A stretch of 64,000 nucleotides of DNA from Squalus acanthias (lineage: Eukaryota): assembly GCA_030390025.1 (NCBI GenBank), contig CM059438.1:57166001-57230000 (forward strand). Reading direction: 5' to 3'. Shown here one piece after another: positions 53,762 to 63,584 of the stretch; position 1 is the first letter of the stretch, and each line of letters opens with the position of its first letter. The translations under genes and the position numbers were made by a program. The notes under the pieces were generated by a model, which was not told the DNA's origin, did not search any database, and saw nothing but the letters and a program-made list of their open reading frames with translations.

Positions 53762-56478
53762 TTTGTTTCTGCCTTTACGGAAGAAGACGCAAAACTTGGA
53801 TGAAGGGACCGTGTGTACTGTAGCCAAATTTACTGATGGTACAAGGATAGGTGGGAAAGCAAGTTCTGAAGAGAACACAAAGAATCTGCAAAGGGATATA
53901 GATAAGCTAAGTGAGTGGGCAAAAATATGGCAGATGGAGTATAATGCGGAAAAATGCGAGGTTATCCACTTTGGTAGGAAAAATAAAAAAGCAAATAATT
54001 ATTTAAATGGAGGGAGATTACAAAATGCTGCCGTACAGAGGGATCTGAGGGTCCTTGTACATGAAACACAAAAAAGTTAGCATGCAGGTACAGCAAGTAA
54101 TTAGGAAGGCAAATGGAATGTTAGCCTTTATTGAAAAGGGAATGGAGTATAAAAGTAGGGAAGTCCTGCTACAACTGTACAGGGTATTAGTGAGACCACA
54201 CCTTGAGTACTGCGTGCAGTTTTGGTCTCCTTATTTAAGGAGGGATATACTTGCATTGGAGGCAGTTTAGAGAAGGTTCACGAGGTTGATCCCGGAGATG
54301 AAGGGGTTGTCTTATGAAGAAAGGTTGAGCAGGTTCGGCCTAGACTCATTGGAGTTTAAAAGAATGAGAGGGGATCTTATTGAAACATATAAGATCCTGA
54401 GGAGGCTTGACAGGGTAGATGCAGAGAGGATGTTTCCCCTCGTGGGGGAATCTAGAACTAGGGGGCATGGTTTCAGAATAAGGGGGCACCCATTTAAAAC
54501 GGAGATGAGGAGGAATTTCTTCTCTCAGAGGGTCGTGAATCTTTGGAATTCTCTTCCCCAGAGAGCTGTGAAGGCTGGGTCATTGAATATATTTAAGGTG
54601 GTGATAGACAGATTTTTGAACGATAAGGGAGTCAAGGGATATGGGGATAGTGCAGGAAAGCGGAGTTGAGGTCGATGATCAGCCATGATCTTATTGAATG
54701 GCGGGGCAGGCTCGAGGGGCCGAATGGCCGACTCCTGCTCCTATTTCTTATGTTCTTATGTCTGTAAAAACCCTCCCGGAAATAGTGGAAAACCAAGGGT
54801 CTAGCGAGATTGAGGAACTGAAAGAAATTAGTAAATTAGTATTAGTAAAAAAATAGTACTGGAGAAATTAATGGGACTGAAAGCCGATAAATCCCCTGGA
54901 CCTGATGGCCTACATCCTAGGGTTTTGAAAGAGGTGGCTATAGAGATAGTGGATACATTGGTTGTCATCTTCTAAAATTCCATAGATTCTGGAACGGTGC
55001 CCACGGATTGGAAGGTAGCAAATGTAACCCCACTATTTAAGAAAGGAGGGAGAGAGAAAACGGAGAACTACAGACCAGTTAGCCTGGCATCAGTAATAGG
55101 GAAAATGCTAGAATCAACTATTAAGGACATGGTAACAGGGCACTTAGAAAATAATAATAAGATTAGGCAGAATCGACATGGATTTATGAAAGGGAAACAA
55201 TGTTTGACGAATCAGTTAGAGTTTTTTGAGATTGTAACTAGCAGGATAAGGGGGAACCAGTGGATGTGGTGTATTTGGATTTTCAGAAGGCATTCGATAA
55301 GGTGCCACACAAGAGGTTATTAAACAAAATTAGGGCTCATGGGATTGGGGGTAATATACTAGCATGGATTGAGGATTGGTTAATGGACAGAAAACAGAGA
55401 ATAGGAATAAACGGGTCATTTTTGGGTTGGCAGGCTGTAACTAGTGGGCTACTGCAAAGATCAGTGCTTGGGCCTGAGCTAAGCACAATCTACATCAATG
55501 ATTTGGATGAGGGGACCAATTTTAATATATCCAAGTTTGCTGACGATACAAAGCTGGATGGGAATGTAAGTTGTGAGGAGGATGCAAAGAGGCTTCAAGG
55601 GGATATAGACAAGCTAAGTGAATGGGCAAGAACATGGCAAATTGAATATAATGAGGCGAAATGTGAAGTTATCCACTTTGGAAGGAAAAATAGAAAAGCA
55701 GAGTATTTTTTAAATGGTGAGAGATTGGGAAATGTTGGTGTTCAGAGGGACCTGGGTGTCCTTATACACGAATCACTGAAAGTTAACATGCAGGTACAGC
55801 AAGCAATTAGGAAAGCAAATGGTATATTGGCCTTTATTACAGGAGGATTTGAGTATAGGAGTAAAGACATCTTACTGCAATTATATAGGGCCCTGGTGAG
55901 ACCACACCTGGAGTATTGTGTAGAGATTTGGTCTCCTTACCTAAGGAAGAATATACTTGACATAGAGGGAGTGCAACGAAGGTTCACCAGACTGATTCCT
56001 GGGATGAGGGGATTGTCCTATGAGGAGAGATTGAGTAGACTAGGCCTATATTCTCTAGAGTTGCACTCCCTCTATGGCAAATATATCCTTCCTTAGGTAA
56101 GGTAGAGTTTAGAAGAATGAGAGGTGATCTCATTGAAACATACAAAATTCTTACAGGGCTTGACAGGGTAGATGCAGGGAGGATGTTTCCCCTGGCTGGG
56201 GGGGTCTAGAACCAGGGGTCACAGTCTCAGAATAAGGGGTCGACCATTTAGGACTGAGATGAGGATAAATTTCTTCACTCAGAGGGTGGTGAATCGTTGT
56301 CTTGAATAGACTCAACGACTGAGCCTCCACAGCCCTCTGGGGTAGAGAATTCCAGAGATCGATAGATTTTTGGATGTTAAGTGAATCAAGGGATATGGGG
56401 ATAGTGCAGGAAAGTGGAGATGAGGTAGAAGGTCAGCCATGATCTTATTGAATGGCAGATCAGGCTCGAGGGGCTGAC
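53762..56478 (+). mobile_element. 5'-truncated, decayed CR1-clade (HER1-like) LINE: ORF2 reverse transcriptase to 3' UTR, interrupted by a second CR1 copy
   Basis: Translates to FVSAFTEEDAK (53762) ... KTLPEIVENQG ... KSPGPDGLHPRVLKE, DWKVANVTPLFKKG, YLDFQKAFDKVPH, SKFADDTKL and LYRALVRPHLEYC. It has stops and frameshifts and a CR1 3' UTR (cagccatgatcttattgaatggc). Confidence 0.95.
53794..54760 (+). mobile_element. 5'-truncated CR1-clade (HER1-like) LINE with a complete 3' tail, nested in the older copy
   Basis: Translates to LDEGTVCTVAKFTDGTRIGG, WQMEYNAEKCEVIHFG, LYRVLVRPHLEYCVQFWSP and FFSQRVVNLWNSLP. Ends in gatcagccatgatc...ctcctgctcctatttcttatgttcttatg, the shark/ray HE1/HER1-type tail. 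Contains a frameshift and a stop. Confidence 0.95.
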
Positions 56479-56848
56479 TGTAAAGAGTGCCAATTGGCTG
56501 GGAGCCTGTGCAGACAGCTGATATTGTGCTGGCGCGGAGCCGGTGAGCTGTAGCTGCCCACTCAGGGAGAGCAGCTCCTTAGCAGCATGTTAATGAGGCC
56601 TGATGCTGAAAATGGAGTGGAGCCTCCGACTGGAGGGAGTGTCCGGCCGCCCTGATAGTTACAATCGACCCTGTGCAGTCAGAGGTGGTGTGCTATAACT
56701 CAGATTATCTTCCAGCAAGAGGACTTTGAGCTCGGAGGAGCAGACCATAAGGGATGGATATTCCTGGGCCGGTTCTATCCTGCGACGATATGACCGGAAG
56801 TGCACTCGGCCTGGATGAAGATCTCAGCTCCCAAACTTTCTGTCAGTA

Positions 56849-57251
56849 GCACACTAGACCCACTGGAGACTCCGAGATGGGCACTGGACCCACAGGGGAC
56901 TCAGAGCTGGGCACTGGACCCACAGGGGACTCCGAGATGGGCACTGGACCCACGGGGGACTCAGAGCCTGGCACTTGACCCACTGGAGACTCCGAGCTGG
57001 GCACTGGACCCACAGGGGACTCAGAGCTGGGCACTGGACCCACAGGGGTCTCAGAGCTGGGCACTGGACCCACAGGGGACTCAGAGCTGGGCACTGGACC
57101 CACAGGGGTCTCAGAGCTGGGCACTGGACCCACAGGGGACTCAGAGCTGGGCACTGGACCCACAGGGGACTCCGAACTGGGCACTGGACCCACAGGGGAC
57201 TCCGAACTGGGCACTGGACCCACTGGGGACTCCAAGCTGGGCACTGGACCA
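56849..57251. repeat. 30-bp GC-rich minisatellite, about 13 copies (GCACTGGACCCACAGGGGACTCAGAGCTGG)
   Basis: The 30-bp periodicity is directly visible, with more diverged copies at both ends. Confidence 0.97.
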
Positions 57252-58325
57252 TTGCCACTGAGGAGGACGTGAGCTCCTGGGGCTTCATCATCAGAGGGAA
57301 CTGGTGCAGGAGGAAGCCGAGGAGAAGCCAATGTATTGCGATGCCTAGATACAGAAAGTCTGCACCATGTTGGATGGGCAGTGTTGCTATTGACAACTCC
57401 AGCTGTTGTGAGTCACTCTGTTACCATCATTGCATAGGGGATGGTTTCTGAATATTGAGAACAAAGGTTATCCCGGTTCGATTTTCCTCTGCAATGTTAA
57501 TGATAATGGTTTCAAAACACAACTTGTGGTCAAAATATAAATGTTCATCTATTTGTCCCACATCACTCTTTCTCAGAAGCTGCTTTGCCGAAGTAACGAG
57601 GATGTCTACACCGCAGCTCGGGAATCAGTGTTTATGGGATGTTGTCTGAAACAGAGTTCTGTTTATTCACTTGAGTAATAACGAGTTCTGTCTTCTGGTT
57701 ATAATCATTTTATTCTTTAACTTCAGCATCGAAAGCAATTTACAAGGGGAGTATAGTCACAGATAGAGCATGGGTCTTTCTGTGCTCTCTGAACAAAGAA
57801 AAATGCTTACATTTATACACTGTTTTCTTATCCAACCAGAGCAGGCATTGCCGAATATGGTAGACTCTGGCTACTGTATAGTCCAGAGACACAAGTCCGC
57901 ATTTTCTTCAACATACATCAGCAACGTTAGAAGCACCCAAAAACATCGTGGCCTTGCTGTGGTATCTTCCAGTCTCTAGACTTTCTTATCCTGACATAAT
58001 ATTTCTAATCTAAATATTCTGTTCTATTCTATCCAATGCCGGTTGGTTGCAAACACCAGCTGTTGCTAAGTGAAATCTGTGTCTCTCTCTTTGTCCAATG
58101 ATACTAACCGCATTTTTCCCTATATCGAATGAACTAAACATGAACACCTTTCAGAAGCTGAATTAACCGAATTCCAGATGCCAACAGCTCTCTTTCTCAA
58201 AGCTTCAAATTTACAATTCTCACTCTCATGTTAAAATTTATTCATAGCCTCACCCTTCTGTATCTGTGTAACCTCCAATAGCCCTACAACCCCCAAAACT
58301 CCAAACTGTCTGCTGCTCTGATGGA

Positions 58326-58410
58326 CAGCCTTGGCTCAGTGGTGGCACTTGGCTCAGAGCAGAAAGCCGTAAGTTCCAGCCCTACTCCAGAGACTTGAAC
58401 ATGTAATCTA
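58326..58410 (+). mobile_element. tRNA-derived SINE 5' head fragment (SacSINE1-like)
   Basis: A-box-like TGGCTCAGTGG and B-box-like GTTCCAGCCC, followed by actccagagacttga. Similar to the head of the SINE at about 62615-62681 (minus strand). Confidence 0.6.
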
Positions 58411-58774
58411 TAATATGCCAACATGGGAGCAGCATGCTCCTGATCTACACCCAGTGTGGCTGCAGGAAACCTGACATTTCGTTCCATTCCTGCGCCCCTG
58501 TCAGGTACAGTCAGGTGCAGCCACCAGAAAAGCCACAGAGGGCGTTTAGGTGCCGTGCTCTCCGTTTGCAGAAGAAGGTAAAGGGGTGAGCATCCATTCC
58601 TCCTGTGGATTGCACCAGTTTTTGAAATGTTATTTGGCAGTTAAACCCAGGAGGATTTACCCTTAAATGCCTTTGCCACGGATTATGGTATTTTTAAACA
58701 CTAGAACAGGATTTGAAACCAGTCTTTTCACCCTCCTGCTAATGGTGAAGGATTAAAGGGTCTAGAATCTGAAA

Positions 58775-59348
58775 GTCGTAGAGTCATAACGGCACAGAAG
58801 GAAGCCATTCGGCCCATCGAGTCCGTGCCGGCTCTCTGCAGAGCAATCAAGTCAGTCCCATTCCCCTGCTCTATCCCCGTAGCCCTGCAAGTTTATTTCC
58901 CTCAAGTGCCTATCCAGTCTCCCCTTGAAAACATTGAGTGTCTCCGCTTCTACCACTTCCGTCGGCAGCGAGTTCCAGGTCCTCACCACTCGCTGCGTAA
59001 AAAAGTTTTTCCTCACATCCCCCTTGAATCTCTTGCCCAAAACCTTAAATCTGTGTCCCCTAGTCCTTGTACCATCAACTAGTGGGAACAGCCTTTCCCT
59101 GTCTAGCCTATCCAAACCCGTCAGAATCTTGTACACCTCTATCAAATCACCCCTCAACCTCCTTTGCTCTAATGAAAACAAATCCAGCTTCTCCAACCTG
59201 TCCTTGTAGCTAAGATCCCCCATCCCCGGAACCATTCTGGTAAATCTCCTCTGCACCCTCTCAAGGGCCTTCACATCCTTCCTAAAGTGTGGTGGCCAGA
59301 ACTGGACGCAATACTCCAGTTATGGCCTAACCAGCACTTTATAAAGTT
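58775..59348 (-). mobile_element. CR1-clade LINE 3' fragment
   Basis: Minus-strand translation KLYKVLVRP ... ALERVQRRFTRMVPG ... LRGDLIEVYKIL ... FFTQRVVRTWNSLP, followed by a 3' UTR tail. Confidence 0.93.
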
Positions 59349-59585
59349 TGCCTGGATTGGGATTCCGTTCTGTACGGGCGGGCACAGGAGTAATTTGCAA
59401 TAGCATACCTGCCCAGGGATAATCAGGAACCAGCATATTTGCAGCACCTCGGAGGCGCAGACTGTCAGTCACACAGAATGAGCTCACAACAAACTCATAT
59501 CCCACCCCACAGTGACAGCAGCTCATCAACCTTGCTGACATTCCCTGTGTAGTGAGAGCTAATCAAACACCACAGTCCTACCGAT

Positions 59586-59995
59586 GGAACATAGGAACAG
59601 GAGGAGGCCATTCAGCCCCTCGAACCTGTTCCACCATTCCATTAGATCATGGCTGATCTGTACCTCAACCCCATTTACCCGCCTTTAATCCATATCCCTT
59701 GATACCCTGACCTAACAAAAATCCAGCGATCTCAGTTCTGAAAGCTCCAATTGACCCCCAGCATTCACAGCCTTTTGTGGGAGAGAGTTCCAGATTTCCA
59801 CAACCCTTTGTGTGAAAAAGTGCTTCCTGACATCACTCCTGAATGACCTGCCTCTAATTTTAAGATTATGCCCCTTTGTGCTAGATTCTCCCACCAGAAG
59901 AAATGGTTTTTCTCTATCTACTCTATCCTTTTATCATTTTAAACACCTCGATTAGATCACCACTTAATCTTCTAAATTCAGGCGAATACGAACCA
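59586..59995 (-). mobile_element. CR1-clade LINE 3' fragment (HE1/HER1-type tail)
   Basis: Minus-strand GESSTKGHNLKIRG...HFFTQRVVEIWNSLPQKAV, and tail cagatcagccatgatctaatggaatgg...ctcctcctgttcctatgttcc. Confidence 0.9.
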
Positions 59996-60009
59996 AGGCA
60001 ATGGAACCT

Positions 60010-60129
60010 CCTCTGTCACCTGTCCTAATGTGGCTCGGTGTCAAATTTTGTTTGATAACGCTACTGTGAAGTGCTTTGGGATATTTTACTACGTTAACGG
60101 CGCTATATAAATGCAAGTTGTTTGTTGTT
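60010..60129 (+). mobile_element. L2-type LINE/SINE 3' tail
   Basis: ctgtgaagtgctttggga...ggcgctatataaatgcaagttgtttgttg is a characteristic L2-type 3' terminus with a short-repeat end. Confidence 0.75.
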
Positions 60130-60130
60130 T

Positions 60131-60446
60131 GTGTCCATAGTGGATGACCTCATACTTCCCCACATTAAACTCCATCTGGCATAATTTTGCCTACTCACTT
60201 AGTTTGCCAATGTCCCTTTGTAACTTCCTTCTCCCATCTACACAATTTACTGTGCCTCCTAACTTCTGTTAACTGCAAATTCGGATATGCAACTCTCTAT
60301 TCTTTTATCCAAGTTATTAATGTACCATTACCTAACAAATTGTCATCCATTATGGATCCACGAAAGACAGATCAGAATATTTTCTTAATGATGAGAGACT
60401 AGGAACTGTAGAGGAGCAAAGGGTTTTGATTGTTCATGTACACAAG
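60131..60446. mobile_element. Old CR1 reverse transcriptase fragments in mixed orientation (minus 60131-60324, plus about 60337-60446)
   Basis: The minus part resembles the segment from SKFADD to QMEFNVGKYEVIHYG. The plus part resembles the next segment (IHYG...YFLNDERLGTVEEQR). Confidence 0.7.
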
Positions 60447-60748
60447 CAACAACAACTTGCATTTATATAGTGCCTTTAACATCGTAAAACCGAGCCACAT
60501 TCGGACAGGTGACAGAGGTAGGTTTTAAGGAGTATCTTCTTGAACCGCTGAAGGTACTCGCACAGTGCTGTTAGGTAGGGAATTCCAGGATTTTGACCCA
60601 GCGACAATGAAGGAATGGCAATATATGTCCAAGTCAGGATGATGTGTGACTTGGAAGGGAACCTGGAGTCAATTGTGTTCCCATGCACCTGCTGCCCTTG
60701 TTCTTCTAGGTGATGAAGGTCACGGGTTTGGGAGGTGCTGCCGAAGAA
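60447..60748 (-). mobile_element. LINE (CR1/L2 group) ORF2 C-terminus with an L2-type tail
   Basis: Minus strand reads ...SFIVAGSKSWNSLPNS...QRFKKILLKTYL, then ctgtcacctgtccgaatgtggctcgg...aaggcactatataaatgcaagttgttgttg. Confidence 0.75.
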
Positions 60749-61005
60749 ATATATGGTGAAAAGTGGAGTTCCCCAGTACAGATCCCTGGGGAACTCCACT
60801 TGTCACATCCTGTCAGTCAGAGTGCATTATATTTATCCCTATTCTCTGCCTCCTACATCCCAACCAATTACCCACCCATGTCAGAAGGCTAACTCAAATT
60901 CTGTGTGCTTTTACTTTTTCTAATAATCTTTTGTGCGGAACCTTAACAAATGCCTTTTGTAAGTCCATATAGACAGCGTCCATAGACTCTCCCCTATCCA
61001 CCACA
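60749..61005 (-). mobile_element. CR1 reverse transcriptase fragment
   Basis: Minus strand reads VDRGESMDAVYMDLQKAFVKVPHKRLLEKVKAH, and further on a GVPQGSVLG...FTIY-like motif. Confidence 0.88.
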
Positions 61006-61329
61006 CCAGTGAAGCAGATGACAGCATTGTGTATTGACTGTCTAAGTGTATTCATGAGGCTGATAGCAGTATTGTTTGAAGTGTGCATCTGCAATAACTA
61101 GTGAGTGGGTGTCAAAGAAATTGCTGCAGTGGGTCATTATTAGGGTAGCTCAGTCTTTTTCTCCACTCATTTTGTTTCTATTTTGATGCAGGTTGTCTCA
61201 CTTGGACAAGGGCTGCTTGCATGTCAGCCAGTCAGATGAGGGAAAGCTGCTGGCCTGAAGCAAGAGCCTGGAACCACTTTTGTGTTGACCCCTCCCTTCT
61301 GTAGTGGAACATCATCTGCACCTCTCGGT

Positions 61330-61725
61330 ATGGAAGCTCCACAGAAGTTCATTGGTAACAGCCCTGACCTTGAAGCACAGACACATGCCCCGAACCCGTT
61401 CAACAAGCCCACAGACACTGTCCCTCCGTGCTGGATTAAACGGCTCTTCCACCTGATCCCACCTGTAGCAGTTAAACCAGGGACAAACTGGTCCTCAGTA
61501 TGTCGCAGGGCTGCGTGTCAGAAACAGTACGCTTGCAGTAAGCTGGTCATTTCTCTCTATGTTGTGCTTTTTCTCACCTTGGGCCTCATTCTATTACTGT
61601 GGAATTATTATTGCACCATTGTCCAGCATTCCTGCGGCAACTACATGGATCGTATCACTACGCATCTAACCATGCAACCAGAGAATGCTGGGATATTGAT
61701 TCAAGACCCCGTGGTATCCTCTTAG
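61330..61725 (+). CDS. Candidate 131-aa single-pass membrane protein ORF or terminal exon (unverified)
   Basis: ATG in a good Kozak context (ggtATGG). One hydrophobic stretch LVISLYVVLFLTLGLILLLWNYY, preceded by basic residues. ATTAAA at 61741, just after the stop. Pyrimidine-rich acceptor-like tract ending AG at about 61190. No family recognised. Confidence 0.25.
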   Translation: MEAPQKFIGNSPDLEAQTHAPNPFNKPTDTVPPCWIKRLFHLIPPVAVKPGTNWSSVCRRAACQKQYACSKLVISLYVVLFLTLGLILLLWNYYCTIVQHSCGNYMDRITTHLTMQPENAGILIQDPVVSS

Positions 61726-61811
61726 CTGTCTAGGCAACTGATTAAAGTTTGAAAACAGATTGGAATTTTGTTTTATTTGTTCTTGGGACGTGGACAGCGC
61801 TGGTGAAAAAA

Positions 61812-62130
61812 AAGAAAGACTTGCATTTCTATAGCGCCTTTCACAACCACCAGACGTCCCAAAGCTCTTTACAGCCCATGAAGTGCTTTTTCAAGTGTAG
61901 TCACTGTTGTAATGTGGGAAACGCGGCAGCCAATTTGCGAACAGCAAGCTCCCACAAACAGCAATGTGATAATGACCAGGTCATCTGTTTTTAGTGATGT
62001 TGATTGAGGAATAAATATTGGCCAGGACACCGGGGAGAACTCCCCTGCTCTTCTTTGAAATAGTGCCGTGGGATCTTTTACGTCCACCTGAGAGAGCAGA
62101 CGGGGCCTCGGTTTAATGTTTCATCTGAAA
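61812..62130 (-). mobile_element. Deu-domain SINE (SacSINE1-like), 5'-truncated
   Basis: The minus strand contains TAAAAGATCCCACGGCACTATTTCAAAGAAGAGCAGGGGAGTTCTCCCCGGTGTCCTGGCC (Deu-domain core as in AmnSINE1/SacSINE1) and an L2-type tail ggcgctatagaaatgcaagtctttc. Confidence 0.8.
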
Positions 62131-62144
62131 GGCATTAACAGTCA

Positions 62145-62810
62145 ACTGGAGTAGTGTGTAGATTGGGTTAGGGTGGCAGGTTCCTTTCTCGAGTGAGCCA
62201 CTTAGGTTTTTATGACAATCCAGCAGCTTTCATGCTCATTTTCTTCCAAAAGAAAGACTTACATTGATATAGCATCTTTTACGATGTCTCAAAGCGCTTT
62301 ACAGCCAATGAAGTACTTTTGAAACGTAGTCACTGTTGTAATGTAGGAAATGCCGCAGCCAATTTTTGCACATCAAGGTCCCACAAATAGCAATGAGGTA
62401 ATGATCAGATAATCTGTTTCAGTGATGTTGGTTGAGGGATAAATATTGGCCAGGACACCGGGGAGAGCTCCCCTGCTCTTCTTTCAAATAGTGCCATGGG
62501 ATCTTTTACATCCACCTGCGAGGCTGGCAGCTTACCCTCCTCTGAAACACGGCACTTCTGACAGTGCGGCACTCCCTCAGTCCTGCACTGGAGAGTCAGC
62601 CTGGATTATGTCCTCAAGTCTTGAACCCACAACCTTCTGACTCAGGAGATGAGAGTGCGACCACTGGGCTACGGCTGACACCTGTGTGTTTCCAGTGCAA
62701 ACTCATAAATTACCAGATTTATTGAATTCAGTTTCACAGTTTACCATGGTGGGCTTTGAGCTCCTGACCACTCGGGTGCTCGTCCAGTACCACAACCAAT
62801 AGGCTACAGC
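62145..62810 (-). mobile_element. Older tRNA-derived SINE, split by the DeuSINE at 62248-62681
   Basis: tRNA-like head on the minus strand near 62810-62745 (tagcctattggttgtggtactggac...gagctcaaagcccaccatgg). The body appears to resume left of 62248. The family assignment is from memory and uncertain. Confidence 0.45.
62248..62681 (-). mobile_element. Near full-length Deu-domain SINE (SacSINE1-like)
   Basis: Minus strand shows a tRNA-like head (A-box TAGCCCAGTGG, B-box GGTTCAAGAC), the Deu core TAAAAGATCCCATGGCACTATTTGAAAGAAGAGCAGGGG...CCCCGGTGTCCTGGCC, and an L2-type tail. It is clearly paralogous to 61812-62130. Confidence 0.85.
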
Positions 62811-63452
62811 ACCCACAGTGTTGTATAATATCTACATCCTTGTTTTAGCCATCCTCTGTACACATTTAGTGGTAGCGTATGTGTGATCTCAGAAGGACCC
62901 ATTATCTGAGGAATTCCTGGGTGTTTCCAATAGAGAGTGAACACAAATGGTTAACAGGAGGACTTAATGACTGAGTACCAAGCATTTGAAAAAATTACGC
63001 CACCGACTCCCTGATGTAGTGGGATAATTATCTTGTTTTTTCTTGCTGCCTGAGCAACCTTTACCGCACAGTTCTAACCTGCTTCTTTAGAAATGGCTGC
63101 AAGGAGATGTTGCTGTCTCCACAGGGAGTGGAATTCCAGGCCCCTTTGGGAAACCGCTGCTCATTTTATTTCTTTATTAAGATGCAAATAATGACTACAG
63201 CTGAGGAAATGAGCTGTCCTTTTCATTTTGTTAAGTTTTGACACACGGTGATGGGTGCAATGAGCCGGGGGAACGCACACTCCTCGGGCACTAGTTGTGG
63301 CTGCGCTCGTTCCAGAATAAAGTCACTTTGCCGCATAACGCACGGTGAATCAGCTTCTCATACCCACAGTATTCCTGGTGTGTTGTGCATGATGTGCTGG
63401 GAGCACTGTGGGGCTTGGGGGCCAGAGTGTTGGAGCAGCCAGTAATGGGAAA

Positions 63453-63584
63453 GGCAAAATACTGCGGTTGCTGGAAATCTGAAATAAAAACAGAAAATGC
63501 TGGAAATACTCAGCAGATCAGGCAGCATCTGTGGAGAGAGAAGCAGAGTTAACATTTCAGCTCGTTGACCTTTCATCAGAACTG
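63453..63584 (-). mobile_element. Penelope-like element terminal (pLTR) fragment with a degenerate hammerhead ribozyme motif
   Basis: Minus strand reads cagtt-CTGATGA-aaggtcaacgagct-GAAA-tgtt-aactctg...gatgctgcctgatctgctgagtatttccagcattttctgttttt, which resembles the abundant shark Penelope-type terminal repeat. Confidence 0.65.

Noticed and set aside
53736..56096. RT-like ORFs as functional genes
   Set aside because: They are 5'-truncated CR1 copies with stops, frameshifts, a nested insertion and, in one copy, an altered FADD motif (FTDG).
56800..57451. ORFs of 150-180 aa in four frames
   Set aside because: They are produced by the 30-bp minisatellite, with no non-repeat coding context.
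58326..62810. tRNA genes
   Set aside because: The A/B-box sequences belong to SINE heads, and I found no complete cloverleaf.
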